Of a stretch of 64,000 nt of DNA, positions 33,450 through 47,050 are shown in pieces. The translations under genes were made by a program, and so were the position numbers. Below the pieces are notes generated by a model that saw only the letters and a list, made by a program, of their open reading frames with translations, had not been told where the DNA came from and did no database searches. The DNA comes from Raillietiella orientalis (lineage: Eukaryota): assembly GCA_036172245.1 (NCBI GenBank), contig JAYWIR010000060.1, positions 124,001-188,000 of the forward strand, in the 5' to 3' direction. Each line of letters begins with the position of its first letter. Positions within the stretch are counted from its first letter, which is position 1.

Positions 33450-35100
33450 CGCCGAGAAACCAGAAGGTCTACTCAGCTGATGAGAGAGTGTCTCAACTTA
33501 CTGAGAAGGAAGAACAGTGGATTTTCGCATGCCGACCAATCAGGGGGGGGGGGGGGGACTGCTGCAAACTGCCGATGTGCCAACATGCATGCACAGGGGC
33601 GAAGACTCTTCAGATGTTCAAATCGAGGGAACGATAAGCGCTTCATAATAATGAGCGAAGGAATGCACGAAGAGGATTATAGGCAGGCAGTTCCTCCGTC
33701 TCCAAAGCAAGGAGAAGCTTTTTTTACTGTTTGCAACACCACAACAGAAAACTCTTTGCCATGCATATCAAAGATGCTAGAAGATGAAGGATTCTCAAAT
33801 CCGGTTCTGGACTGGGAGAGGCTGCGATGACTTCCCTTCCCAATGCTAGTGGTGTCTCCTACTGCTAAGAATTCTGCACGCGCAGATCGTTTGTTCCACA
33901 GTTCTTCAGCCGACGACCTCTGTTCTTCGTAGCACGAGTGCCGGAAAGGAACCTAAGATTGAGTTTTCCGTGGCCTCAGGGACACAGAGGTAAAGGTGCT
34001 CGCCTAGCGACGTCCCTGGCTGCTGGAGGCAACGTCTCCGCGGAGATTTTCTGGGAAGCGACCCTCGGCCTTGTACGAATCTTCGACTGGATTCTTTCCC
34101 TGAATGCCCTTTCTCCCTCGAGGATGAAGCGATCCAGAGATCGGCGCGATCAAAGAGAGGAGTAGGAACTCTGAAAGCCGACCGAGAGAGCGGAAAGTCA
34201 GAGTTCAAGAAGGAAAAGCGGACTCTTTTCCCATGTCGCGTGATTTCGATCTTCAGTGACCACTCCTGCCTCTTGGCTTACAAAAAGCATGTGCAGCCTT
34301 CGTCCCTGTCCAGTCCATCCTCTGGATGGGAAGATGTGATCAACAGCTCTGGAAATGTAGGAATCGCCCGGGGCAAAGGATGCTGCGTCCGCGTGTCTCA
34401 CGTCGGTCGGAGCATCCTCGTCGCTGCACTTTCCTTCCCTTTCCGAGGCACGCTGCTTCGCCAAGAGGCTCCACCGTCGAGCCTCAGCTGCTGCAGGAAG
34501 GGAACGCTGTCTCCCTTGGGCGCCATCTTCGGCTTCATTGACCACTCGCTGCTCCTCCTTCGCTGTTTGCAGAGAGTGCTGCATGGATGACGTTGCACAC
34601 CTTTGGCAGTAAAGTACTGGCGAGCGACTCGCGCCCAAGGGGATCGTTCTGCACGTCTGGAGCCTACATGAGACATTGGCGGCAGTGGTGACCCAATCGG
34701 CGGGTTCAGAAAAAGGCTCTCCACTTTGGTCGCGAAATCCGCGAGAATTTTTGCTCTTTCCCTGTTGTCATCGGAAACTCGGCGCTGCCTATTCCGTCTC
34801 CATGAGGATCTGGCATTGATGAGGCCGCAGCGCAAGGGGTTCTTTCCGTCTCCGTGGACCTCTTGCAGCCTGAGAAGGCATTGAACCCCATACAGAGGAC
34901 GCAAACACCACTCTTCAGAAGCATCGCCGCCATGCTCGGTTCCCGAGCAACGTCTTCTTCATCCGTCTTCATCATCGAGAGCGGGATTTCCAGCTCAGCT
35001 GCGAGTAGTGGGCGAGAGGGCAACTACTGTCAGGAGGGAGTGCCGGGACCATTCGCGGGATCCCTCAAGCTCTCGCCTCTTGACGCTCCGGGCTGCTTTA
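33450..35100 (+). pseudogene. Candidate second, divergent bunyavirus-type L fragment (region upstream of the RdRp core)
   Basis: FIIMSEG...VPPSPKQGEAFFTV, SNPVLDWERL, ECRKGT*D*VFRGL, LSTLVAKS and LFR....LGSRA...FIIE occur in an order parallel to 25.0-26.2 kb; stops and frameshifts present. Confidence 0.35.
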
Positions 35101-36289
35101 CTTAACCTCATTCCTGTCCCGGCTGCACATCCGGTGCTCGCGCGGTATTACCGGGAAGAGAAAACGAATTTCCCGGTTCCTTCCACGTAGCGCAGGGGCA
35201 CGAGGACTCGACAGGGGTCGTGGGAGCGCCACGCCGGGGATGCTCAGCGCAGGGCGCCACTCGCACGAAGTCTGCACCCTTACGAAGGGGGAGGGGGGAC
35301 TAACGACCACCCGCTCAAAGAGGCAGCTCCTTCCGCGCGAAGCAGGAGAAGCTGCCGGCGGATCAAATGGACCTGCCCTCACCAGATTCCCGCGACGGAG
35401 GGGGGGTCACTTCGGGTCGGTCAGGCCTGAAGCTCTCGTAGCCTAGAGGACTTGGCAAGGGGAAGGAAAGTGTCTTGGGGGTGCGTCCGCGTTCTCGACA
35501 CGGGAGTGCCACTTCCGGTGCACTCTTGGCGCGAAGCTTGTAGCCAGGGATAAACCCTCCGCATCCCTGCCGGCCGCACCGGCGGGCGACTCCGAGCAGC
35601 ATGCGGGAAAGTGCCGGTGGTCGACCTGGGTTGGTCCTTCCTCCTCCTTCCTTCCGTTGTTGTTCCACGCGTGCCGAAGTGTGGCTGCACTGGGAGTGTG
35701 GATGCGGGCGGCGGTGGGTGCGGCGACAGGAACGGCTCCTCTCAAGTGTGAAGGCGCTGGCCAACGCTCTTGCCGGCTCTGCTTGCTCCGCTACTCGATC
35801 CGTCCGAGTCAGGAACGAACGTGGTCGGTCCCGTTGTTTACTTCTTTTTTTCTCCTTTTCTCTTAAAACACGCACGCACGCATGCGTGCCCTTCCTTTTG
35901 AAGCGTTCCGCCCTCGAGAATGTGAGCGTGGAAGCGCACGAGCAGGGCGCGCGCGCGCAGAGGAAGAATGCAGCAGCACAGCAGCGAACCGCTGCGGCGA
36001 CGATCCAACAAGAGTTTGGCCAACATCCACTTGGACTGGAGTTGCCATGCCGACCATGGAGGAACTCCAAGTACACCAGGTCGGGGGGGCTTTGCAGAGC
36101 TCAGCAGCTTTCGGAACTTCCCGATCCCTCCCTATAGCACTCCATCATCGCAGTTCAATGCAACAAATCTTCTTTTGTTCTTCTGCTCGCTCTAGTTTTT
36201 CTTCGAGCCTTTTTTTTCGGATTTGTCTATTTTTCGACTCCGAAGGGGTGCTGGAGAACCGTCCGTTTCCCTGAAGGGGGACTCAGGAA

Positions 36290-37505
36290 GCTCTTGAAGC
36301 ACCGTCCACGTCACCCGAGGGTGTTTCACTCTTCAAGTCAGCAGGTATCCCTGGAAGTTGCATCAATTGGTTGCCTTGGTGCAGGAGAGCACATGGATCT
36401 CCGTCCTCCCCAAGAACTGCCTGGCTTCAGGACCCAGTTTCGTCATGGGGAAAGATCCACGGCTCGAGCGAGGCAGGGTATGTCTGTCTCCGGAAAGGGA
36501 GGCACGCTCGACGGCCTCTGCAGGAGATCGTGACTAAACCACGCAGACTGCTGTGGGCCTCGTTCACCCCCTTTGTCACAGTTCTGTCCTCTCAGGAAAA
36601 CGGTAGGGACGGTGGCCTCCCGGCAAGATAGAAAGTGTCCTGTAGTATCGGAAGCAGGAAAAAACTTTTAAGCGTGTGGGCAACTCGGAAGCTAGCGTAC
36701 GCTGCGATCCCCAGTGTCCCGCCGAAAGGACTTATGAGCTGAAGCGAGCTGCTCAAGATGCTTCCGCAGGAGGTGAAGTAGCCCCCAGCGTGTTGGGACA
36801 GTGGCACCCTCCCCTTCAATTGGCAAAAGGTGGCGTTACTGATGTTGCATTGGGGAATCCCAAGCAAAGCAGATCGTGGACACGGGGGAGTATAGATGCC
36901 AATTGTACAAAGTGTGGTGAGAAGGACACCTTCCCGCACTTATTAATAGACTGTATCGGCCTTCAAGCCCTATGGGGTCGACTCTCATTGATCCTTAAAA
37001 TTCCGGTAGGCGACCCCAAGAACATTTTCCGGCATCTCTTCATGCGTGACGCCCTGCCCCCAGCCGCATCTCTAGCAGTTCTCTTCTGTGTACGCGGAAT
37101 CGTGGCAACCTGGAATGCCAGAAAAAGGAGCCACAATAGCTGGGATGCTATCCACTGGGCGAAAATCTCTTTGAAGATGGCCATCCTATGGTACCAATGG
37201 CAACCAAAAAATACAGAACTTGTAAGCATCCCGGACAGGATACAGAGGACGTCTCCAGACATACAGTGATCCCTCCTCTGCCCTTCCCAAAATACTTCCC
37301 CCTTCCCCTTTTTTCTTTTCTCTTTTTTGTTTTTGCTTTTTTTTTTGTGGCTTACCCTCCCCCTTTGCCGCTGGAGAGGATCTCACCAGTCTGCATACCG
37401 GTTTTTGTCAAGTCCTTCACTAGTGGTGGTGCCATGCACTCTGCCACGACTATGTAAATCTTACGACTTTTATTATAATTTCTTATAATAAATGCCTCGG
37501 CAAGA
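36290..37505 (+). mobile_element. 5'-truncated L1/Tx1-like LINE (3' end of ORF2 with CCHC zinc finger + 3' UTR)
   Basis: CTKCGEKDTFPHLLIDC...LW...TWNARK (zf-RVT-like), stop at 37269, T-rich 3' UTR, AATAAA at 37487-37492. Homologous to the 3' part of 47297-51170. Confidence 0.8.
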
Positions 37506-37519
37506 CCGGGTGAAAAACC

Positions 37520-37665
37520 CGAAGTCATCTGAGTCAACCAGAGTCATCCTGGGGGGGTTGACTCGGAACCCGTGACGCGCCCCGCCGTTCTCGGAATAGC
37601 TCGTGCACGGGGGGTTCGAACCCGCAACGTTCGGTGTCACGAGCGGAGGCCGCGAGCTCGACTTG
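37520..37665 (-). mobile_element. tRNA-headed SINE-like element, copy 2
   Basis: Minus strand GTTGCGGGTTCGAACCCC, then cgagaacggcggggcgcgtcacgggttccgagtc..caggatgactctggttgactcag. Confidence 0.55.
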
Positions 37666-38779
37666 GACTCCGAAGAGGGCCTTTGGTTATTGCTCTGGAG
37701 CAAGATGCTCTGGAGACCCTTTAAGTACCCGGACTAGCAGCGCAAGTGGAGAAAAAAGGCATCTTCTTCGGATTCGAGATGTGTCGATGGAAGGAGAGAA
37801 GAAAGGAGCGCTGGGAGAACGCCGAGGAGCGTTTCAGTTTAGTAAGGGGAGGTCTTTGTTTGGTCAGCAGGGTTATATTGCACGGAGAAGAGGCAGACGA
37901 ACCGGGGAGGAACATCCGCAGCCAATGAGTCACGTCAGACCAAAAGGGTCGCGATCCCTGAGGACGAAGAGGAGCGACCCCGGGAGACCCTGGAAGGTGG
38001 GATGACCGGGGCGCAAAGGCTCCGCTAATTTGTGGGGGGATCAGTCCCATCCGCTCCCGAGGGAACCGGCCATCCCCGTTAACCGATGCCGATTGGGGAA
38101 GAGGGTTCCGAATGGGATCGATCCGGATCAGATAGTGTAGCCAGTGCCGGCGCCACCTCGTTTCCACTAGTGCACCATCAAAGCAGGTGGGGGAGGACCT
38201 CCCCGGCGCGGCGCTCTCCCAGTCGGCAGCAGTTGCGGGAGGCTGTGATAACCCCCCTCAGGACTGGCTGCCGGAGGAGGGATGAAAGCGGAGAAGGGAG
38301 GGGGCGACCGAAATGAGCAGGAGCTGGAGCAGGCTCACCTCGAGCGAAGGCGCGGGGGCGAGGAACGGCTTGGCGTCTCCGAGAGCAGAAGGGTCCCTCC
38401 CACAGCAGCAGGCTCACGGACGCCGCCATCACCGGCCGAGAGCTGTAGAGCGGCGCCGCTTCCGCTTCCTCGGGGAGGCGGCAGAGCACGGCGGCTTCGA
38501 AGGCACCGAGACCGTGGGACAGCGGGAGTGCAGCTATCATTGGCCACCGCCCGAGGCCTCCCCGGGAGCAAACTCAGGGGTTCGTCCGTTACCGCAACTC
38601 GAAGCGCGAGGACCAGACTCACAGCCTCACCAAGAACAAGATGACCCTCCTTGGCAGCAGGGACCAAAGACACAGGTTTTCAGGATCAGCAGGGGACGCC
38701 TTAGGGTGAGGAGTCGCTTCCCCAGCGGACCTTTCCCTTCGCCTTCCCGTTTTGCGGTGGAGGGACGCAGCCGACCCCC

Positions 38780-39300
38780 TTTTTGTGAAAACCTCTCTAG
38801 GGGCTTAGAAAGCCTCCGGAGGGCACTGCACTTTCCCTGCGGTACAGCGACCACAGCACGGGATTCAGTGCAGTGCGTCCAGAGCATGTGGTCATTCAGG
38901 GGCAAGAAGGAAACTGCACTGTCGTCCAGGAATGGGGAGACGGAGCTGCAGCCATCCATCCGACAGCCTTGCTGGCACGACGCTCAGAGGCTTTGAAGGG
39001 ACTCGAAGGTGCGCGTTGGTTCAGCGCGTCACGGGGCGAAGGGCCGCCGAACAGCCCACGGTACGAGCTGCAGCATCGCGAGAGGTTCTTGCTTTGCACT
39101 TCGTTCCGAGGGTAACCCTCTTCGTCCATGGATGGCCCTTACGGCAAAGGGGGAGCGAAAATGGGGTGGGACTCCAGATACTGCTCGAGAGAATTTATCA
39201 GGATTTTATACGGTTCATTCACGCGAGGGAGATTGCGCTAATGGAGCAGATTGATGCAAATGGCGCAATGTCAGTGAAAGAAGTCACGAGCCCTACTTAA
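38780..39300 (+). mobile_element. Decayed mariner transposase C-terminal relic
   Basis: RPEHVV..., W..L.HP.DS and DF..FIHA...IDANG resemble mariner ARPH, WEVLxHPPYSP and FY..GI..L..RW...ID.NG. Confidence 0.4.
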
Positions 39301-40304
39301 TGATAGGCAGTTTACCTTTTATCGTGTTTGCTCTTCTGCTTCTTATCTGAAAGAATTTAACTGCATTAGACACGACGAATCATCTCATTTCGTATTCAGC
39401 ATCCTCACGTCTCTGAGAAAACGACATCGCAACATCTCCAGTCATCCATCCCTGAGCAGGTCGAGTATGGCAACCATGAATCGTGGTGGGGTAGGAATCG
39501 ATTTCTCCGGATTCCTCCTCTTCTTCCTTAAGGATGATTCAGCTCCATCCCGCTCCAGATGCGGGATCCGTGACCGACCCGAACAAGTGCTACTTTCACC
39601 TTGGCTCAAAGGATGAAGTCTTCACGGAAACACGAGATGCCCAATGTCAGCGACATCTTGCCGTTAATTGGGCCACATCGCGCCGGCAGCGAGCCGCAGA
39701 CTATCTAAAACGAAATCTTGGAGAGCGACCAACGCAACAAAACGATTGGTTCGCTATTGGCGGTTGATGTATGCTGCAGCCCACCACGTTTCCGGGGTCA
39801 CTAATGAGAAGATCTGCATGCTAATCTCATCAAGCGTTCCTAAGGAGAATAAGGGACGGAAACCTGATCTACAAAACTGGTCCACTTCCGTTTATTTTCC
39901 TCGCATCGAGCCCATCTTTTTCAAGTACCACTGACGCTTGCGTCTCCGTCAACCCGCGCTCGAAAGAGCCAAACGTCAGCTGAATAGCCGCCGGCGCAGA
40001 GAGCCTCTTAACGACTGAGCTGCGCTTGTGTAAAGCTGGACGGCGCATGCACCGTGATGCTGGCGTTCAGAGATTCTTCTCGAACGACCCTTGCCCCTTT
40101 TCGCGTTTTCGGGCTTTCTGCAGCGCATCGACACGGATGCCCGCTGCCGCCCGAGAAGGAGATCGTCGTCTGACCTCTGATCCTCCTGGGAGAGGGGTTG
40201 CTACTAACGACCGATGTCAGCGCGTGCTCACTGCCAAGGGGTTCGAAGATTTCCAGTCGGTTCCAGACTAAGAATTGCAGCTGCAGCAGGAAAAAGTTTA
40301 TAAA

Positions 40305-40470
40305 TTTGATTTCTTTTCTTCTTCTCTTTATTCTTCCTCTTCTTCTCTTTTCTCTCCTCCTGCATTTTCTTTTTCCTCCTTCCCTTATTCTTCTTTCTTT
40401 TCCTCTTGCTTTTCTTCCTCTTTTTCTCTTTCTCCATTTTCCTTTTCCTCTTCTTCTTTCTCTTCTTTTA
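40305..40470. repeat. Polypyrimidine (CT/CTT) low-complexity tract
   Basis: About 165 nt almost entirely C and T. Confidence 0.9.
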
Positions 40471-43400
40471 GGAGGCTTCACACATTGCAAACCAGTGGCT
40501 CTTGTTTGAGATGACCTGTAATCGAATTGTTTTTATAATTAGATTACGGAATTCTCGTTCTTTTTATGAGAAGGCCTGTTGGACACTGACGAAGGATATC
40601 TGGCTCCCATTTATCTCCCCTTAGATTTCAACTGTTGGCGCCACCATGATGTCCCACGGTGCAACTTGTCTCCAGCAAGGTCTTAAGCTAGCGGCACTTA
40701 CCAAACCCTCTTTCGTACAGGGAAAACTATTCGGGTTCTGCTGCACTTAATTTCCGAGGGACATAGACGCATCTCCCCCACTCCACAGAAAATGGAGCCT
40801 GGCGGAGCTGCCTCACTCAGCCTCCGCGCTCCCCGCCGCCTGCCTTTTTCGAGAAAGCGGTGGACACGCGTGCCGCCTTCCGCTGCCCATCCAGTGCCCT
40901 CTGCCCCCCTCGAGCCTCGAGACGCGTGGCAGCCCGCCGGCTTCCTCTCCCTTCTTCTCTTCGGTTTCCCTCTCGACGTCCTCTGCGGCTCCGCAGAAGC
41001 CACGCGCACCTACAGGACCGACATCGGTGCCGAAGGGTCGCGCGGCCTTCTCGAAGCCCACGGTCTCGGCCTACCATCGCGGCAGTTGGCACTTGGCAGG
41101 AAGGTTTTTGAAAAAAGACGATTTTTTCTGCTCCCTCCGTGACCTTGCAGCCGAGGATTCAGCTCTCCGGGGCTGGGGCGTCCCCTCGTTTTTTTCTTCT
41201 TCCTGCTTCGATCACCATCATCCCGAAAAGCGCATCGAGCGGTGCGGAAGGTCAGATCGCGACCTTGCAACAAGAGATCAAAGTTCCCTTCGGGACTCCG
41301 CCCACTGCGCACACACCTCAGGAGAAAGGGCGCAAGCTGTCGCAGTCCCACTTTCTTTGCCTCCGGCTCGAGGTCGCGACGAGGCCGTACTTCCTCGGGG
41401 ATTCTCTCGCCGCGGGCCATCCGATTCTTCCGGCACGCATCCTATGAGCGGGCAGCGCTTGGGCACGGACGCCCCCGACCCGACCCTCCTGCTTCTTGCG
41501 GATTTTCCGATCCGGCGCTCCAAGGAACCCGGAAGTCGGGCGGCGACCTCTCTCGGGACAACACTGAACGCTCGTTCGGTCTGCTGCGCAGCGTCCATGG
41601 GAAGGCGCGGGCGCCGAGAGGGCGCCCGCGCCTTCCCTTCACCCTGGGACACCTAGTCAGGCTGGCGTCTGGGACAGGATGCAGGCCACCACCAGTTGCG
41701 GAGGTTTTTCAGTGGTCTGCCTGACATGCGCTGCGCCTGCCACCCGGCCGTACTGTCCCCCCTTCCACCTCCGCACCTCCCACGATCCGGGCGATCGGAG
41801 GCCTCCCCGACGGGCGCCGCCCGCGCAGGACGGAAGGTCACGTGACTTCTGCTGCCACAGGCTCGCCGGCGCGGGCGGGGGAAGGCGACCCACCCGGCGT
41901 GCCGAACGACATCTCTTTCCGAGTTCCCGAAGCGTCGGACCCACGTGATCCTCCGGGGCAGCCGCGCTCCAGGAAGCGCGGCTGCCCGGAGCTCCAAGAG
42001 TGGGCGCCGCGAACATACTGCCCGCAGAGTTCGGTGGGAGTCCCGCCCGTCCGTCGGGATGCCCCAGGAGTTCCATCCTCGGGCCCCGCCCGGGAGAGAT
42101 CTTTTCAGCCCGGGAAGGCAGGGTCCTTGACCCGAGGGATCCGCAGGCAGAGGGGCGCTCCCTCACCTTCCCGTAAGATGCCAGGACCCTCGGCGCCTGT
42201 GGCGACCAGTGACGCGCGGCCTGTCCGTCTCTCCCGGGCACGCCGCTCGGTCGGTGGTCCCTGCGGCAGAGCGGCAACAGCACGCGCGGCCTCGCTCTCT
42301 CACGTGCCTTCCCCAACCAGGTGCGTTCCATAGGGGACCTCATCGTGCGGGAAGTCGTCCCGCTGAGTCGCGGAGCAAGTCCTTGTCCGCAGGCGGGAGC
42401 GAAAAGAAGCGAAAGGCCGAGCGAAGGGAGGGCTGCAGAGATGCTCGAGGTCAAGGCACCTTCCCGGTGTCCTCTGAACCCTCTGCGGGATGCCGGTTCG
42501 GATGTGCCGAACGGGGTCGTCTCTCCGCGACCCTCCCGGAAGGAGGCGGCGGCGACGGCGTCTCCTTGCCTCCACGGGTGCAGAGCAAGGTCGCGGTCGC
42601 GACTGCTGTTGAAACGGTACCCCTCGGTCTCGGTGGCTCCGGGCGCGCGCAGCCGAGAGCCCTTGAGCTCTCCGCAGGGAAGGGTGCCCGCTCCTGGAGC
42701 GCGGTCACGTGACATTCCTCACAATTCCCGGACCCCGGCGGCGTCCGGGAATTCCGAAGAGCCCCAGGAGAACTGCAAAGACGCCCTTCGGATGGGTAGC
42801 TCCGCATTGGAAACGTCCCGGGGCAACCGGGCGTGCGACACCGTCAGTTCCCTCCCGAAGGGCGGAAGAGTCCCTGAACGGTCTTCGCGGAGCACCCGGA
42901 GATGCATCACCCACGGGATGCTGCTCCTCAGGCAGGTAATCGCGACTACGCCGTTGGCGGTAGCTGCGTGTCCCGTCGTCCCGCCCCTCCCACGTCTTCT
43001 CGTTTGCGGACGCGGAGGATCGCTATGGTGACGGATGGCGTCGGCAATCATCGCGATCGATCTACTAGCGCCCGGGTTTCCCTTTCTCCGGAGGACTGGG
43101 AGGACTAGGGGCTTCCAGGCGCTCGGGGCGCATCCCCGGCGCCCTTGCTCGGGGCCCTCGCCTTAGAGCCGCTGAAAGCCGTCGAGGACGCGGGCAAGTC
43201 ACGTGAAGACGGACCAGTGGGGCCGGCTGTCTGGAAGCCGTCCCTCAGGAGAAACTCCGAACCCCTTGCGGGTGCCGCGAGCGTCCCAGTGGCCGTCTTT
43301 GAGGGGCGCCAGGAAATCTCGGAGTCCCGGAGGGGGAGATCCCTGCTGTGGGTATTCCTGCGTGAGGACACATTCGGTGTGCTTCCGGGCGGCTGCGCAG

Positions 43401-43789
43401 ACGGTGGGTGGTGCGGAAGGTCAGCAGGCGGGGATGTGTGGATGGACTCTCCCCCCCGCGAGGGGATTTTTTTTTTTGCCGAAACAAACCAGCACGGAAT
43501 GCGCGCTGTCCCGCTGCGCCAACGCCCACCGAGACATCGGGATGCGGCCGTGTGGGGCGTCCCTCCCGTGCTGTCTCCCGCGCGCTGACTCGCAGGCAGC
43601 GCCTTCCTGTTGGCGTGGGATGGAGTTCGGCGAGCCTTCCCAGCATCCCTCATGAAGAGGGCGGTCTGCTGGAGGGACTCAGGCGGCCCTCCCTGGCTGG
43701 TCCCTCTGCCGCGCAGCGTTGCCATGGATGCTCTCCCGAGGACGCTTCCGCTCCTATCAGCCGCCTTTTCCTCCTTCCCTTCCCGTAGG

Positions 43790-44680
43790 GAGTTGTTTTG
43801 ACCCGAAAGTCAGCGCGCGGTCATTCGCTGATTTCGGCGAGAAGTTTGTTGGAAGCTGCGGAGGAATCCCACCCTCGTCCCAAGCCTGCTCGTGGCCGCC
43901 ACAGGCGGGAGGGCGAAGGTGCCCACTCCGGTAGGCAGCTCCGTCATCTCTCGCAGGCGTCCCTCCGTCGCCCGGTTGCGCCGGAGTGTTCTTGGAGCTC
44001 GAGAAGTCGGTGGAGACAAGCAGCGGCAGGACTCTTCCGGGACTCCAAGAGGCAGACCGGCGAGGTCCACCACTCCCTGGCAGCAGGGAGGAGGAGAATG
44101 AAAGAAAGGAATAGAACTTGTGCTGGAGGGGGAGAGGGGGGTGGGATCACCAGCTGTTGCGGAGGGCCCTCCGCACCCTTCCTGGATGGCGCTCCAAGTT
44201 TTTCCTGCATGGTTCCTAGGTGGGACCGTCTCGTTGAGACCCGCAGGAAGCGCATGGGGCGGAGTGGGAGCGTCGTCCTGGCCTTTCTGGAGACTCCGTG
44301 CAGGCGGCAAGCAGCGGCGCGGCTGGTGGCGGTGCACTAAGAGGCGCTTCCAAGAAGCTTCTGGAGTGGGCCCACCGGAGTCCGGAGGGCAGCAGGAAAA
44401 ACGATGCCAAAGAAGCCTGAGGGAAGCGCGATCTCCCCAAGCAGGTGTAGGGAGGTTCACTTTCACCCTGCTTATAGAGGGGAGGCAGGTCGCCATCTGC
44501 GCCAGCTCTTTCAGGGGGATCTCCAGGAACTGGACGCTGCGGAGCAATCCTTCCGATGGGGCGCTTGAGATGGTACCGGGAGCTCTCCCCCTGCACGCCA
44601 TTTCACGGTCATTTCCGGCGACTCTGAGACGCATCCGGAAAACGGGGTGGTGATCTGGAGCCGCCGCTCCGTTTCCCTGG
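43790..44680 (+). mobile_element. Decayed mariner-like relic
   Basis: HPAY....SPS..LFR-like segment near 44465-44520 and a ..ENG-like C-terminus near 44640. Confidence 0.3.
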
Positions 44681-45419
44681 AAACGCACACGGAGTTTTCC
44701 CGTCCGGGACCAGTGGCGTCCGCTTTTCCTGAGAGGAAGCGGTTCGGGGTGAAATGGAAGAGCAAGTCGCGCGCTCTCACCCTCTCCCCCCTCATGTTAG
44801 ACACTCTGGTGTTCCCTTCAGGGAGGAGCGCGAGTGGTTCAGTGGATTTTTTCGGTGCTACCAGCTCCGACACCCTGTTTCCGGGTGGTTGCATCCCCGA
44901 ACGGCCCCAAGTTTGCCACTTCCCTGCTTAGCTCTGGCGGCTCCTTCCAAGGGCTGCGGTGTATCGTGGACCGCTCCCGGAATATACCGCCGAGGACCTG
45001 CTGGAACGATCCTTCGCGCGCGCCAGACTTCTGGCAGGCACCGTGACCACGACGCCTTGGCGCCTTCTCGCCATCATGGTAGCCTGTCGTACGCTGGAGC
45101 CCGAGGCGCAACGAAGGGAGGTCGCCCGCAGGGTACGGCCGCACCGAAAAGAGGCCTCATTTGGAGTCCCACGCCGGTTCCCAGAAGGAGCAGCCGACCT
45201 GCGAGACTCTTCCCAAGGACAGCGGACGGAGTCCTGGGAACCGCGGCGCCAGCATTTATCCTGCTTGTGAGCTCCAGTTGGCGTTCCAGCGTAACCAGGT
45301 CAAAACCTTTCGTGATGGCATTTCTTCCCTCGGTCCGGCCATGCTGGGCGACCCTCGCTTGCCCGTGTGCGTCCTTTTGAGGGAGGTCGGACCCGGAGTC
45401 GGGAGAAGAACTGTCCGCG

Positions 45420-45580
45420 TCGGCGGTCTCCGCGCAGCTGCGGCACCGCTCAATGAGGGTTCGAATCTTGCCCAGGGGGAAAAGGGGGAGCGTCGGCCGT
45501 CGGCGAGAACGTGGAGGGCGGGTCGCACGGGTTTTCGGTTTCCCGCGTAGGATGGCTCCAGTTGACCCCAGTTCACTTTG
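45420..45580 (+). mobile_element. tRNA-headed SINE-like element, copy 3
   Basis: GAGGGTTCGAATCTTGCC, then cgagaacgtggagggcgggtcgcacgggttttcggtttccc..taggatggctccagttgaccccag. Confidence 0.55.
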
Positions 45581-45949
45581 GACGTGGCACCGATGGAGAC
45601 CGTGAACACCTGAATGCTGCCCTGCCGTCGATTGGCTTCCAGAATTGAAAGTTGGCCCTCCGAGTTCCTTCCAGGGATGCCCCTTTGGTGGTGAAAAGGG
45701 AGCCAGTTGATACCCCCCTCCCAGAGTCGCCTTCCCAGAGAGCGAAGAAGCGCGAAAGAAAGTGGGAAGCGTCCCTCCGGGGGTTTCTTCAGAGGGAGCA
45801 ACAAAGAACGGAGGGTCCCTCCGTGGGAGAAATTCCTTCCGAGCCTCCTTGGGGCCCTTCCCTTCCTGTATCCGTAGGGCAGTCCCTCCGGGGTCTCCTG
45901 TAACTTGAAGAGTGACATGCATCCTCGTCTGGGGTCAAGGAGCTCCGTG

Positions 45950-47050
45950 CTCTCCCTCTTCCCCTCGGGGAGGTGTGAGCGGTTCTTCAGCACCCCTTGG
46001 GAACCAAAAAGCAAAGCCGGAAGGAAAGGGACGAAACCCGGAGGGAATTCTCGCCACCCGAGCCCGGGACTTGCCCGGGCGCTGTCTGCCCTACTTATGC
46101 GGCGCCTGCCTATGGCTGCTCTCATTGGTGCGCTGTGCCGCAGGCACCTCCCGGGATGCAGCTGCTGTCCAGCTTCCCTGCCCGTTCGACCTGAGATAGC
46201 ATCCCCTCCTTCAGCACCACCAGCATGCCGGTGGGACCCCTTCTACCCTCCCGTGCGTCGCCTCCTTACCTCTGTCCTGACTGGACCTCCAAGCGCCACA
46301 TGTCTTCCGCGCCCCCACATCCCTCCCTGGAGCTGTCTCCCACCAGTTCCCGTCATTGCCTGCCGCCGAATGATCAGCTGTCTGGCGGCATGCAAACGCG
46401 GGATATCCGCTGCGGTGCCCTCGGGGACTGCTACCCGTGTGATCACGCCGACTGGGTCGGAATAGGAGCAGCGCATCGGCTCCTCCCTGGCTGAGAGCTC
46501 TTTTCCGTGTCATTTCAGCGCCCAGACACTAGGACGACGCGAAAACGGACCAAACCATTCCTCCATGATCACTATCAAGCCGATCTATCCCACCCTACCA
46601 GTCTGCCAATTCACTCGCTGAACCTTCGTTCACCCTCTGCTCCTTCCTCAGCCATGTCCCCAAAGAGTTCGAATCCCTCTACCCTTCTTATCGTGTACTC
46701 CTCATTTTCGTGCTTATAAGGTACCTGGACCAAGGTAAAGCCAAGCCTTACGTGAGGCTGCATCATGCATCGGTCAGCCCATGCCCCAATTTCCGGAGAC
46801 TGCCTGCGGTCTTTAGGCTGAGAGAGCCAATCGCGCGGCTCAACTGAGCTCTGTGGCTGTGGGAGGAGCGAGAAGAAGAGGAAGCCGTATGGGACGAGAA
46901 GCTGCCAGACCACCGCCATAGCGCACCTAGTCCATGGATGCCCCATAAACTGGAACGCCTGGCAGCAGGAGGTTCTGGAGTTCTGGGTTGTCACTCTGGA
47001 AATGAGCTCAGATGAAGTGCGGTAGCTGCAGAATCCCCTACACAAACTGC
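45950..47050 (+). mobile_element. Decayed 3' fragment of an RTE-like LINE
   Basis: YAAPAYGCSHW (cf. YSAAEYxxPVW), RLN...GRS.K.R..YG and TTAIAHLVHGCP (C-terminal HxxxxCP). Confidence 0.4.

Noticed and set aside
40008..40509. Lys/Arg-rich and Leu/Phe-rich ORFs
   Set aside because: They are translations of a CT low-complexity tract.
40700..44700. Long overlapping Arg/Pro/Gly-rich ORFs
   Set aside because: These are expected in high-GC sequence and show no recognisable domains or exon structure.
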